From Eukaryota sp. GEM-RC1 (lineage: Eukaryota), in assembly GCA_040285855.1 (NCBI GenBank), contig JAUFOQ010000004.1, positions 310,001 to 374,000 of the forward strand: a DNA stretch of 64,000 nt, in the 5' to 3' direction. Of the stretch, positions 24,422-37,213 are shown piece after piece. The position numbers and the translations under genes are program-made. Below the pieces are notes generated by a model. That model did no database searches. It was not told the origin of the DNA and was given only the letters and a program-made list of their open reading frames with translations. How positions within the stretch are numbered: position 1 is the first letter of the stretch; each line of letters begins with the position of its first letter.

Positions 24422-24951
24422 CACTGGTTCATCTAAATAGTCCCATGAGACTAATTATCTGTGAGACTAATTCAAAAGGTGAGACTAATTCAAAAGGTGA
24501 GACTGATTTTAAGATTACTTTCCCCTTGTTTAGTTCATAACGAAAAATACTAGTACCATAAAAACACTCAGAATATTTTCCATTTTGTTCTTCAAAAGCA
24601 AGGTACATTTGAGTGTTGTTTAATTGCTCAAATAGAGTTCACATCTAAGTATAGCTTATCCAGTCCGTAATTCCATCCGAATCCCAATTATATTCGTCGG
24701 AAGTAATAATAGCAGGTCTTGAAGTCGAGCGATGAGTGCTTAAACGAAACCAAATGTTTGCAAGGGTTGGTCATGAAGAGACATGAGAATAGTCTATACA
24801 CATAAGGCATTTGAAAAGAAACATTAATAGAAAACTATACAGATTGCATTTGGATTATAGTCTCACTGAAAACATTCAAAGGACAATTTTAAATTTAGTC
24901 TCACTGAGAAGAGAAATAAATTGCTGATGAGACCAATTTGACAAACCAGTG
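24422..24951. mobile_element. Tc1/mariner-type MITE (530 bp)
   Basis: TA|CACTGGTT...AACCAGTG|TA, ~30-bp imperfect TIRs, subterminal TGAGACT repeats on the left and AGTCTCA on the right. Confidence 0.8.
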
Positions 24952-25099
24952 TAGCTGTCTTTTAGTGATGTTATATCTCAGAAAGTTAGAAGGAAATACT
25001 TTGTAATAATTGCGGTAATTAAAAACTTTTATGACAATGCATTGTGTATTTTTGATTCTGTAAGAGCACAGTAAACTGTTACGAGTAATGTGTCTTTAT

Positions 25100-26710
25100 A
25101 TATATAAAGAGTTTATTTGCAACAATACATTAATACATACTAATTCAGAAAATGTAAGAAGTTAAATTCTCCACATCAACACGAGAATTGTCCCTATACA
25201 AGTTCGAATAAATGGAACATAAATACTTGGGAATGCTTCTATAAAGAGCGAACATAATTCGAATAATCCATACAGCGCTATTAAACACCCTGCCATTAGA
25301 ACGACATAAAAGACTAAAATCACTGAAAAACTTTAAACCGGCTGGACCAATATTACCAAAAATTGAAATGGCAAATGGAACAAATGAAAACTTTGAATAT
25401 AGATATTCATTAAGCTTCTGCAAAGCATCCGCATAATTTGAACACTTTCGTTGTTCAGCCTTTTCCAGATGACCATTCGAATCATTCAATATGGAGTCTT
25501 GGTAGACTTTTGCAAACGGGTCAACTGTAGTAAAATCAACCACAACTTGAGATGAATTCAGGAAAGGAGCAATTAAGTCACCACGCCGAGAATCAAACAC
25601 GTTATTGTCACTATAATGTTTCAGAAGAGGTTCAATTTTACAACTATAATTGTAGGATTTGAACATTTCATAAGTAACGTCACGAACAGCGTTATGTAGA
25701 ACAGATCGAAATTGCAAAAATTTCTTGCAACTAACAACATGACGAAATGTGGCTGTAGCTCGGTTATCGCAAACACAGATTGAATTATTTAGCAAACCAC
25801 TAGGGAATAAACGTAAACGAAGACGCATATTTTGCTTCCAAGCATCATTGTTCAAATGTAAACCAAAAGGTCTAGGTTGTTGAGTGATGAAGCTAGAACA
25901 TTGTTGAATGTCACATAAAAAAGCTGCAAAGACGGGATTATCAATCTTAGTCACACTAAGTCTTTTACTAAAATCCAAGTCTTCCAACCCAAGTAATGTA
26001 GCATTCTGTAACTTAACTACAGCAAGAGGTAGAAATTCAATTGACCGATCAGGAATAGATGAAAAACTTATCGGGAAACTTTTGTTCCAAACTTCAATAG
26101 GCAAACCTTGAACTAAGTCCTCCAAAGAGTTCAATAAAGCGTAAGAGCCGTCTACAATTGAAAATATTTTCGAACCGAAGCTTACTCTCAAAAGAAAGTT
26201 CTTCATACCACCAACGAAAGCACTTTTACATAAATACTCAGCTCTTGAAAAACCAACACCACCAAATTTTGAACTGAAGAAGGCATGATAAGGAATTTTG
26301 GAACTATTGATTTCAACCAAATTCCCTAAAAATTGAGTTCTCAAAGAGTTGAACTCAACTTTCGGTCTGTTTTGGATCGAAAATCAATCATCTTTTAGAT
26401 CATTACCACTTGCGCTTTCTCTTGGTTTTGCTCGTGAAACAGAAAAAGCCAAGTGGATATCGATCTTGAGATCTTGTATAGTCTGCAATTGAACTTTGAT
26501 TTTCTGAAGATAATTCTTGAGCACACTCTCAATCTGCAAAGGATTGCCTAAATAGGAACCCAAAAAGCGGACAGCTTCAGTGTTATAGTCCACAAACTGG
26601 ATAGATTGCTCACCATACATAAGTTCCGCAAACCGCTTACCAATAAGAAAACATTTAGGTAGTTTGATTTCTAAACCAATTGATTGTGATAAACTTACAA
26701 AATCATTCTT
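25100..26710 (-). mobile_element. 5'-truncated non-LTR retrotransposon with restriction-like endonuclease (CRE/R2-type)
   Basis: RT C-terminal GLEIKLPKC, VRFLGSYLG, SKFGGVG; knuckle CVC..HVVSC; LHNAVRD; RRGDLI..VVVDFT (PD-D); AEQRKCSNY; FVPFAISIFGNIG. Ends are approximate. Confidence 0.85.
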
Positions 26711-27164
26711 TAAATATCAAACAAAAATATTTTGTTTCACTGGTCAAGATGTTGTCCAGTGTAATACAACGCTGTGAAAGCAGAAGAATCTACTGTAGAT
26801 GCACGACAAAAGAAGAAATTAAAGTAGTATAACCAACTGTATAGTTAGAGATGTTACCACTTTGTACCTGTTATGTTCTTCTATTAGTAATTTATCGATC
26901 AAAAGGCGATAAGAAAATACTACAATTGTCTGAATTCGGAGTTATAGAATGATCAATTTAGGAGAAAGTGCTAGTAGATGGCCTTTGCTCTTACCATTTT
27001 GCTTACTTCAATCTACAAGGAAAATCATCACAACACCTCTGTCAAACTATACAACGATCAGAACATGATCAGTGCACACTCACACTTGATTTTTTTCAAC
27101 AGAAATTAGAGGAGTTGGATTCGAATTCTTCAAGGAAAAATACGGGCAAAAGAAATCTTTTCCA

Positions 27165-27945
27165 ATGTCTGAGACTACCGCTCCTGAAATCAAGATCTAC
27201 TTCGGTATACCATCTTAGCCACGCCCTGATTATAGGTAATCTTCCTACTGGTCTTTCTGTCTCTGAGCTTTCTTCAAAACTTGAGAAATATGATGCCAAC
27301 ATAGTGGTCATCAAGACTAACGATCCCAACAAGAGCCACTTCGCTATCGTTTCTGTCCCTTCTGAAGAGGTGAGAGAGTCGGTGAAGTCCGAACTCAAAG
27401 AACAAGATTGGGGCAGTGGACCACTCAAAGTTGAAGATGCACTCCCACCTCGTCAACGTACTAATTCTGGAGTTCGTGGTGGTCGCGGACGCGGTCGCGG
27501 ACGCGGTCGTGGTCGTGGCGGTGCTATGAACAGACGAAGACCATTCTTCGTTTCAATCTATGAGGCTCGTATGAGACGCCGACGTGAAGAAGCACCTAAG
27601 ACAAAAGCCACAGATAATGATGGTACTTACATCTTCCTGAATAATCTCCCCTACAGTATGACCGAAGATGATCTTAACAACTGGGCCAAAGAGGAAGGCC
27701 TCGAAGTCACATATGTCAAGGTTCTAACTGTCCGTTTCACCGATCGTGTAACTCAAGAACGTTCCGAGAGAGGTCTCGGCCGTGGTTATATCAGAACTCA
27801 AACTCCCGAACAAGCACAGGAATTCATTGAAAAATACAGTGGTGCTCAAGTTGGAGGTCGAACACTCCGAGCTTCCCTTGCCAGAACTGGTCCACGTGTT
27901 CCTGTAGTTCAACCAGAGCAAGAACCTAGTCAAGAACAACAGTAA
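27165..27945 (+). CDS. RRM-RGG-RRM RNA-binding protein, one 31-nt intron 27205-27235
   Basis: ATG 27165 plus intron GTATAC...TATAG gives MSETTAPEIKIYFGNLP (RNP2); RG repeats; second RRM YIFLNNLP...GRGYI. Confidence 0.88.
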
Positions 27946-28121
27946 TATTTGAATAAATGCTCTTTGTGTATTACATTTTGTTGTCTAGATAGAACATGAT
28001 AGTATTGTATATTTTTTTTAATTTTGGGTAAAAGGACATTTTTTATTGACTTGTTTGTGCTGTGGTTCTCAACTCAAATGGATATTCCCAAAGTACACAA
28101 CTTTGTTAATTTTCATTTTGA

Positions 28122-28172
28122 TTAGAGTATCGAAACCACAGACACCCAGTGAGCTAAGCCCACTGCGCTGTG
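28122..28172 (-). other. 3' terminal hairpin of the second Fanzor locus, followed by CTAA|T
   Basis: Minus strand CACAG-cg-CAGTGGGC-TTA-GCTCACTG-ggtgt-CTGTG, then 11 nt, then CTAA followed by T. Confidence 0.5.
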
Positions 28173-28188
28173 TACCGTTAAAAATACA

Positions 28189-29462
28189 CTAAAGTTCTTT
28201 ACGAGAGACCTTCGTCTGCTGGACTGACATTACGCTTCTTCTTTTAGGCGAACTCATTTCTTTTGGTGGATTCTTGCATGATCTTTTGTTATGACCTTCT
28301 TGGCCACAATTTCCACATGTTTTCTTCTTTCCTGTTGAAGTTTTGTTCTTTCCGGTCACAGTCTTCTTCTTTCCTGTTGAAGTTTTGTTCTTTCCTGTTG
28401 AAGTTTTTCTTCTTTCTGGTCGCAGTCTTCTTCTTGTCTCTCGCCAAAGTATCCTTACCACTCTCGAGATCTGTTGTTTGAGTTTTAGATCTCTCGAGAG
28501 CGGATGGTCTACCTTGACCATTGATCGTTGCTTTAATGATGGAATAGATATTAATGGCAGAATTTAGGTCTCTATTCCAATAAGTACCACACTCAGTATC
28601 TGAGCACCTTACCAGTCCCCAGGGTGTGGATTTAGCTTCTTCTTCCCATGACTTCTGCTTCACCTCCCACTCTGCTTCCAAAATCCCGTTGGTTTAGAGG
28701 ATCTTGTTTGTTTTTGAGCAAAATTTCTCTTCTTAACTTTCTCTTCTTCCTTCTTAGCTGTCTCTTACCTTTGGGACCAAGAACCTTTAGTTCTGAAACA
28801 TTTTCACATTCTACGAAAGTTGATTTTTCCTTAGCACATTTGGAACAACACTTGCTTGTTCTGTATTCATCAACAAGAAATATTTGGTATCCATATCTTC
28901 TTAACATTTTACGGATTTCTACTCCTCTAACAGTAGAGGTTTTGCCCTTTCTTGTTTTACCTTTTGAGCTCCAATCCCCATAGCCAATGACAACGTCTTC
29001 TGGAGGTCCATATGTTAAATTGAAGCGTTCCAGCATGTTTTTTTCCGACCGTTGGTTATTTGAATAAATTTGGAATTTCCTCTTTCTAAACCAGTCATCT
29101 TCGTAGAAAGAATTCAAATATACGTTATATCGTTCAGCTTCTTTAATATATGTTCCAAATGTGTCACTGAAACACGACTTTCTTTCCCCGTTTGATACAG
29201 CATTGGAGAATTGGTTAACGACATCTCTGCCTGTTACAAGTATCTCGTTAGAATTGGGAACCAAAAAATCTTGAAGTTGAGTTTCATCTGGCAATTCTGA
29301 AGGAAAATCTGGAAGTTCATCAGTAAGAGTTTCCTCTTGTGAATCAACAGAAAAATCTCTGCGTTGCCTTTCAGTGCCAGTTTCATCTGGTGATTCGATA
29401 GAAAATTCTTTCAGTTTTCTATTTTCAGATTTACGATATTTTTTAGGGTAATAAAGAAATTT
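28189..29462 (-). pseudogene. Fanzor1 C-terminal (RuvC) half with Lys-rich repeats and CCHC knuckle tail
   Basis: FRKRKFQIYSNNQRSE, VVIGYGDWS, LVDEYRTSKCCSKC, VRCSDTEC..WNRDLNSAINI, then KKKTSTG repeats and CGNCGQEGHNKRSC. Two frameshifts; no recognisable Fanzor N-terminal half. Confidence 0.85.
28321..28430 (-). repeat. 21-bp coding tandem repeat (K[K/N]KT[S/V/A]T[G/R])
   Basis: About 5 copies of TT(C/G)TTCTTTCCTGTTGAAGT-like units. Confidence 0.85.
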
Positions 29463-30186
29463 TTATGGGTGATGATAGAGCACATGATCACTGTAGAGGT
29501 CAATAGAAATAAAGTTCAAACCAGTTTCATCAGAACATAGTAGTAATATTTTGGAAGTATTTGGAACAATTGAACACTGTTGCACTACGAAATTACTGAT
29601 TGGTCGAAGAAACCATGAATCAGTGGTAAAACTGTCAGATTCATGTGTCATGTCAGAGTTAGCAGCAAGAAGACTATCCACTATTGTATCAGGAATTTGC
29701 TCCAAATCATTGAATGTATCTCCATAGAGAGTCTTAGAGCCACAAATTTTACAATTTTCTTCAATGCATAAAGGAATTAATGCAGTGGAAGAAATATCAG
29801 TTTTAAACAAACTGAAGGAATGTTTTACAATAACCCTACGTTTAAAATATTTAAAACAGGGGTCGAAGGAGGCAAAATTGATTTTGGACAATTCGAGCAT
29901 TTTTGAAACAAAAGTAGAACATTGGACTACGCCTCGTTCAGTAAGATAGACCAAAATGCGAAGTCAATTAATACAACCAAAAACAGATCTCAATGAAACA
30001 TAGCTAGGTTTCCATTGAATACTGAACAAACGATAAACTTCTTTAGGTCCTTGATTCAACAATTCAATCGAATTCAAAACAATACAATTCATGTCTGCAT
30101 CGGGTTCTGAGAGTCCTATACAAACTTTTTCCTCTGACTCTGCATTAATTGAAAAAATATCAAATTTTGGAACACCAAAAATCTTA
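29463..30186 (-). pseudogene. Unidentified coding segment in frame with the Fanzor RuvC half
   Basis: ORFs 29964-30186 and 29463-29954 and the Fanzor frame are collinear, separated only by single TGA (29964-29966) and TAA (29463-29465) codons. Confidence 0.4.
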
Positions 30187-31896
30187 GGGCGTTTTGCAAA
30201 AATACCATTCAACACGTGTGCATTTTCCAAATCTACCATACCCATTGCATTTCTACCATTCTTGCTTCTTTAGTTGTTTGTCAATAAATCGTTTTTATAT
30301 ATAACAAGTATCTTCAGTGATCTAGAAAACTACCAGTACGCTTCTTCTTTGGAGCACCTACTCCTCTTCTTACAAGAGGTGGACTTAAAGTCAATGCGAT
30401 AGTTTCCCATTGACTCTTGTCCCTAGGTGGCGACCCAACAGTCATAAATCTTTGACTGTGTTCTGGTTTCGAAGCAACTATCCACAAATTCCAAAGGTTT
30501 GACATTCTCTGACATCAATGCTTTGGCAGCATGGGAACAAGGAATGGCCTCAGTTTGCCAGACACCACAATCACAGTGTTTCTGCTCCAATTCCACAAGA
30601 TAAGTTCTTCCTCTTCCAATGACTTCAATCGTGGTCCCATTCTTCCGTGAATCCAAAATCCTAGCTTCTTGAATTCTGTTCTCCATAACGTTCATGACTG
30701 ACAAAACTAATGGCGTTTTGGCTCTCTGGGCTTGACCTGCATATTTTTCTTGCCGCTCTCTTATCTTTTCTCGTATACACTCCAACAGCTCAATTCAATT
30801 AAGGGATACCCTCAGTTTTCTTTGATAACTGAGTTGGAAGCACTCAGAGATGTTTGAGGTAAGATGACCGTAGCGACATTTTGGAAAATAGAGTTCATGA
30901 ATAAGAGCAAGGTGAAGGTCATCCTTACAGCTATAAGTAGCATTGACTTCTATTGGAAGAGGTAAGTGGTCTTCCCAGTTTATTAGCATGTATGGTAGAT
31001 TTGGAAGGGGTATGGTAGGGGCGTTTTGCAAAAATACCATTCAACACGTGTGCATTTTCCAAATCTACCATACCCATTGCATTTCTACCATTCTTGCTTC
31101 TTTAGTTGTTTGTCAATAAATCGTTTTTATATATAACAAGTATCTTCAGTGATCTAGAAAACTACCAGTACGCTTCTTCTTTGGAGCACCTACTCCTCTT
31201 CTTACAAGAGGTGGACTTAAAGTCAATGCGATAGTTTCCCATTGACTCTTGTCCCTAGGTGGCGACCCAACAGTCATAAATCTTTGACTGTGTTCTGGTT
31301 TCGAAGCAACTATCCACAAATTCCAAAGGTTTGACATTCTCTGACATCAATGCTTTGGCAGCATGGGAACAAGGAATGGCCTCAGTTTGCCAGACACCAC
31401 AATCACAGTGTTTCTGCTCCAATTCCACAAGATAAGTTCTTCCTCTTCCAATGACTTCAATCGTGGTCCCATTCTTCCGTGAATCCAAAATCCTAGCTTC
31501 TTGAATTCTGTTCTCCATAACGTTCATGACTGACAAAACTAATGGCGTTTTGGCTCTCTGGGCTTGACCTGCATATTTTTCTTGCCGCTCTCTTATCTTT
31601 TCTCGTATACACTCCAACAGCTCAATTCAATTAAGGGATACCCTCAGTTTTCTTTGATAACTGAGTTGAAGCACTCAGAGATGTTTGAGGTAAGATGACC
31701 GTAGCGACATTTTGGAAAATAGAGTTCATGAATAAGAGCAAGGTGAAGGTCATCCTTACAGCTATAAGTAGCATTGACTTCTATTGGAAGAGGTAAGTGG
31801 TCTTCCCAGTTTATTAGCATGTATGGTAGATTTGGAAGGGGTATGGTAGAGATGATAAGGTGTTTTTATTTTCACTGGTATAAATGCAATTATCCC
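30187..31896 (-). mobile_element. Non-autonomous MULE/MuDR derivative, tandem dimer
   Basis: Perfect 9-bp TSD AAAATCTTA (30178-30186, 31897-31905); GGG...CCC imperfect TIRs; units 30187-31018 and 31019-31896; encodes TSNISECFN and SWIM CDCGVWQTEAIPCSHA. Confidence 0.9.
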
Positions 31897-33113
31897 AAAA
31901 TCTTATTGGCGGATAGAAGGTGATATTATTATCAATACTGATTCCTTGGTTATATCCCTTGTACGCGGCATTTTGAAACTGTAAAGAAGAAGGAAATAAA
32001 GATTGATCATTAAAAACACAAGATGCACTGTGTGGAACTGAAGCATCTGAATGATACCGATTAAGTTTAGTGTCTGCTTTGGACACGACATTGAACTTCA
32101 ATTTGATGCGATTTTTGTTAACTGAATTCAAATTGAGATGGTGCCGCACTAACTGATTATACACCGATGCAAAAAATTTTCCGTACTGACGTTCAAAATC
32201 TGACCGCTTGGTCAAATAATGACTGTCATAAAAAAACTTGTGAGTAAACCATACACCTAATTCCATAAAAAATGCACCTGATTTTTCTTTAACAAGTGCG
32301 GAAACCTTGTTCACAAACAGAGAATCACAAACTTTTTCCTTTACAGGATTGTGTTTAGTTTTACTAAACGCTGGTTGTAATATAAGGAGTTCAGATTGGT
32401 GTTTCGTTAAAGAAAAATTAAGTTCCGCTGCAACAACTTTTTTGTTGTTAACTTTTTGAATACTAAAGAGTTGTTTTGAAAATTTGTTGAATTGATCTAT
32501 ACTAACAGGTTGATCCGTTATCATACCGCAAGAAATTTCTGGAACGGTTTCTGACTTAGCGCCATTAAAGTATCCGTTTGGATAAGACATAACAAGAAGA
32601 CTGTAAAAATTGAAAGATGGAATGATTTTCATATCAAATAATACCGTACTTAGCAGTTGACACGGCTTATTAGACAAAACAGAAAGAACATGACGAACAC
32701 GCAATTTTAGCTCTCGTAAGGATTTTTTTTTCGGTAGTTAAGAGATCCTTCAATTGACCAGAATCGATAGGGTTAATGTTCTCCAAACGAAAGATGACTG
32801 TAGAAAGTTCATTCAAATAGCGAACAAATTTCTTCCTATCTACATACCATGGAACTATAACATCAGGATTTGACTTTGGATTTAAAAATCTTAAAACAAT
32901 TACCAATTTGACATACAAATCAGACATAATGTAGTAAGGAGATCGGGTAGAGGCATCTGAAATTATGTCAGTTAGCTCAGGGATGAACTTTGAAAAATTT
33001 ACTAAATCAGAAAATGATAAATAAGAACATTTGAATTTGATAAATGATTGATCAAATCCAGCAACCAAGATTACACCTGTTGTAAGACAATTTGTCAACA
33101 ATGAATAAAAGAT
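31897..33113 (-). pseudogene. C-terminal continuation of the DEAH helicase gene (HA2 region plus unknown domain)
   Basis: Removing the 33114-33842 insertion restores TSMGQCCSCVGIPFVHFKLIFYSLLTNCLTTGVILVAG (HA2-like). ORFs 32670-33155 and 31814-32704 overlap at a T homopolymer. Confidence 0.6.
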
Positions 33114-33842
33114 GACTCTGGGTAAATGCACCACATTGTGCACCACATATTCCATTTATTTTGTAAAATGCACCACATAATATAATATGCACCACATAAT
33201 ATATTTTTTGATTTTCCACGATGCAACAGTAGACATACATTATAGATCAAAAGGACAAGACATTATGTTTGGCCTTGTTGGGTTGATTTCTTGTACGTCT
33301 AACAGTAGTTCAAAGGAGGACGGATCTCTAGGAGTAGACTTAGATGGATTCTTATTGCGAGCTCCAGGAAGTCTTTCCCGAGGTCTACGTGCAACAAGGA
33401 GGAGACGTTAGGAAGCTCGCCAAGGAGAGAACATAACTGTTGCCTTAAGCAATCTTCGTCTAGGTTGTTTGGTAGAGAATGTCATGTCTTATTACACAGT
33501 TGTTCTCAATCTTTAACCAGCTTGTAAGAGGTGACAATCCATTGAGTTCTTTGATACAAATGAGGTCATTTTGATCATTTACATGCTCAACCCTACTTTG
33601 GAACGATGGAAGTTTAGTCTTCTGTGTTAGATACAATCTGATTGCTTAAAGAACATCTAACATCCAAGGATCTTAATTAATCCACAATTGTGTAATGTTC
33701 AACACAAGTGTTGATCAGGGTGCCTATTGTTGTACTGGTGATGTGTGGTGTGGTTTTACTTATGTGGTGCATTTTGAATGTGGTGCATTTTACAAAATAA
33801 ATAGAATATGTGGTGCATAATGTGGTGCATTTACCCAGAGTC
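33114..33842. mobile_element. Non-autonomous DNA transposon (729 bp) with ~65-bp TIRs
   Basis: GACTCTGGGTAAATGCACCACAT... / ...ATGTGGTGCATTTACCCAGAGTC; 8-bp TSD TAAAAGAT (33106-33113, 33843-33850); internal TGCACCACAT repeats. Confidence 0.9.
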
Positions 33843-35654
33843 TAAAAGATTAATTTAAAATGGACAAACGGAATACCAACACAACTGCAACATTGACCCA
33901 TCGAAGTCATGTTGGAAGATAAATGATTTTTTCCAATATATTTGCTCTAAATAATAGATCAACACATTTTCGTACATCTTCATCCGTTGGAGAATCAGGC
34001 ATTGATTTTAGGAACTGTTGAGGGTTCTCACTCATTCTTTTAATCGTCAAAAGTGGTTCAATTAGAGAACATTGAAGAATCTCTGGTTCATCGTATTTTA
34101 ATCTCTGAAATTTACTTGGTAAGAAATCAGTTTCCACAAGACGAAGACAGAAGCCTGCAGATTTGCGTCCAGCTCGACCAGCACGTTGATAAAGAGATGC
34201 AATTGAACAATGGTGAGGTGATAAAATATCGTCAGAGTCAGTACGTTTTCCTACACCACAATCAATTACAATTTTAACTCCTTCTATCGTAATTGATGAC
34301 TCTGCAAGGTTGGTGCTTGCAACAATTTTGAACTGACGCTTCTCTGGTGCTTCAATAGCCAAATATTGTTGATCAATGTCCAGTGTTGAGTACAATGGAT
34401 ATATTTCCGTGACTTTTGCATGAAGTGGTATTTGATTGTAAGTACCCTGTGTATGCCCTCCATACGATTTTTTTTCAATTCAGCAAATTCCCTTTGTTGG
34501 TGAAGGAGCTCAATTTGGTTTATCAGTTCATTGATTTCCGGAACACCAGGTAAAAAAAACTAGAATAGTAAAGCCTTCCAGTATAGAATTGTCTGCAAAC
34601 ATGGATTCTGCGACAGATTGGAAACATACACAGATTTGAGCTAATGACTTGAAACAGAAACTACTGAAGCCAATTTGTAGGTCTCTGGAAAATTTAGTAT
34701 AATAATCCTTCACGGAAGAATACAACGATGTGAAGACGTTGAAAAGATTGTTTGCAAAATTTCGACTTACATTGGGGAAAAGGTCCTTGCTAATAAGTTG
34801 AATAAGGTCTTGGTGACTTTTTGTGTTAAAGTCTATAACATCAAGAATTAACAATGGTTGTGCTCTGCTGCTGGATGTAATGATGGTACACTCATTTTCA
34901 AAATGTAAATTATCATCACCGACAAAGTACTTGAACAGAAGATTTGGAGAAGGCATGGTTGCTGAACAGATGAAAATGTGTAGATGTGATTTTGATTTTT
35001 CATACATAGATTTCAATTGAGTTAGTAGAATATCTATATCAGCCTTTCGTTCGTGAGCTTCATCTACCATAATATTCTTCAATCTTGACGAATAATTGAA
35101 ATTAACCAGACTGTTATAAGTATATGCAGCAGTGGAAACTTCAATGAACCTGGTCTGATGTTCGGCGATATCAGTATTGTATCCACCTGTACGAAATCCT
35201 GCAATCAGATATCCAAATTTTGCCGGTTCGGGATTTTCAGCTGTCATTGTATTCAAATAATTTGAAAGGCTCTCTGAGGCCATTATGCGTGGTTGACAGA
35301 TGATAACCTGTTCAAGTTTAACTAAAACAATGGCGATACCAGTTAACAGTGACTTTCCAGACCCTGTTGCGCCAGAAATAATAAGTGGTAACAATTTAGC
35401 ATCATTATTAAGAGAGCTTAGTAACAGCTGGATCAGTTTAAAAAACGTACATTGTCCTTGACAAACAAAACCAATTCCGTATTTCATGGAATTGTATATA
35501 ACACACAAACATGCTTTGACAACATCAAATCCATCAACACAAAGATTAAACCGTTCTGACACCCAACAATTATGAGAAAACAGTAATTCTATAATGGTAA
35601 GGATAAATTCATTATCACAAAATTCGTTCCCTAAACTAATGCAAGATTCGTGTC

Positions 35655-35912
35655 GAATTGACGGGATTTTTGGGGATTCAATTATTTCTGAAGCATCACA
35701 AGAAGGAGAAATTTGTTGCATGGGTTCTTCTTCAGTGATTGATGGGATATTTGGGGATTGACATTCACTGATTTCTGAGGCATCACAAGAAGGAGAAATT
35801 TGTTGCATGGGTTCTTCTTCTTCTTCAGTGGTTGACGGGATTTTTGGGGATTGACATTCACTGATTTCTGAGGCATCACCAGAAGGAGAAATTTGTTGCA
35901 TGGGTTCTTCTC
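35655..35912 (-). repeat. Coding tandem repeat EEPMQQISPS(C/G)DASEI(SECQ)SP(K/N)IPS x3
   Basis: Three ~90-bp near-identical units visible in both DNA and protein. Confidence 0.9.
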
Positions 35913-37186
35913 TTGGTTGGAACCATTTGGTATACGCTTCATTAAGTTCAAAATACTTGGCATAATTGTCAGAGTCATTAGCCAATGATACAATTGATTT
36001 CAATGCATACAAACAGTTTGATAGCAAAAAAATATCAGTATCTGACTGCGGTAGGAAGTGATGATGTGCACTAAAAGCAATTTCAAACTTGAAAAGATTC
36101 AAAGACTTATAATGCTCATTAAAGAATTTGAGACGGACTTGAGATGTACACGTTTTGAGTGCTTCATAGAAGTAAAAATATCTTGAAATCAGACGATGTG
36201 TCCAAGAGTGTAAGTCTTGCGAGGTAGCAATAAAACAATCCCAATTTTTCAGTAATATCTGTAAATCAGCATCAGAAGATTCAGTATCAGAACAAGAACA
36301 CATGTCTTTACGTGTGCATATAATGTCGTCAATGTCAAAAACCAGATTTTGATAAGTAATACTAACTTTGGGGGTTGTAGTACTGTTTTCTGCTATGTCA
36401 AGGATTGCTTCACTGTTGTCGTGAAAATTCTGTAAAGAAAATTCATTGTTCTCCTTGTCATAAAATTGTACATGACCGTTTCTAGCCAATTGTAGATGAA
36501 GCATTGTGAGAAGCATATCAATCATTGCTTGCTTGTTAATCAAAACATTGTGATTCAACACATCGTAAAAAAAATTTAAATCTTTTGCCATTGGATATTG
36601 AAAAGGACAATCATGAAGTTGATGACCGGGTAAGAGACAACGTGGACACGGCGCAATAAATCTACAGAAACTCTTATCAGAAGTATAATCATCTACATTA
36701 AACAAGGGGTTGATCGGGAATGTTCCGTTCGGTTTATACATTTCATCAAAACATTTTTCCACGATTGTAAAGTCGGATCGTTTGGTAAATCATAATTTAT
36801 ATCACATGAATCATAGATACGAGCTGATAGCCAGTTTTCAATGTGAAAATTGGAGACATTGCCTTGGTGGATTTCATAATCTTGAAGAATTTCTTTTAAG
36901 AAAGATCGATTAACAATCTCAGGTAACTGTTGAATTGACTGAGGGGCTTCATATGATAGTTCTGTCACCGTTTCGTTAAAGTGTTCGCAACAGTGGCAAA
37001 TTTTGAAGTTTTTGCTGCGGCCTGATGATGCAATAGGATGAACATTACAGCTGTGTGAAAACCGACCACAGCGATTATGACTTCCAGATGGTTTATAAGT
37101 AGGTCTGGACTTTTTTTTGGTGGCGTAGTTGAACTGGCTGAGGTACTTGATTCAATGCTAGATGTGCGTCTTTTGTTTGGATATGG

Positions 37187-37213
37187 TGGTCCAGGATTTA
37201 GTTCGACATCTCC
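37187..37213 (-). other. 2A-like ribosome skipping (StopGo) motif GDVELNPG|P
   Basis: KQDLTIHGDVELNPGP matches the D(V/I)ExNPGP consensus exactly. Confidence 0.8.

Noticed and set aside
26968..27164. N-terminal part of the 325-aa ORF call
   Set aside because: ATG 27165 plus a 31-nt intron gives a proper RNP2 motif; the upstream frame is incidental.
11738..29966. Stop-codon reassignment suggested by in-frame TGA/TAA in gag and the 29-30 kb ORFs
   Set aside because: Host genes terminate at TAA, TAG and TGA; in-frame stops occur only in decayed mobile sequence.
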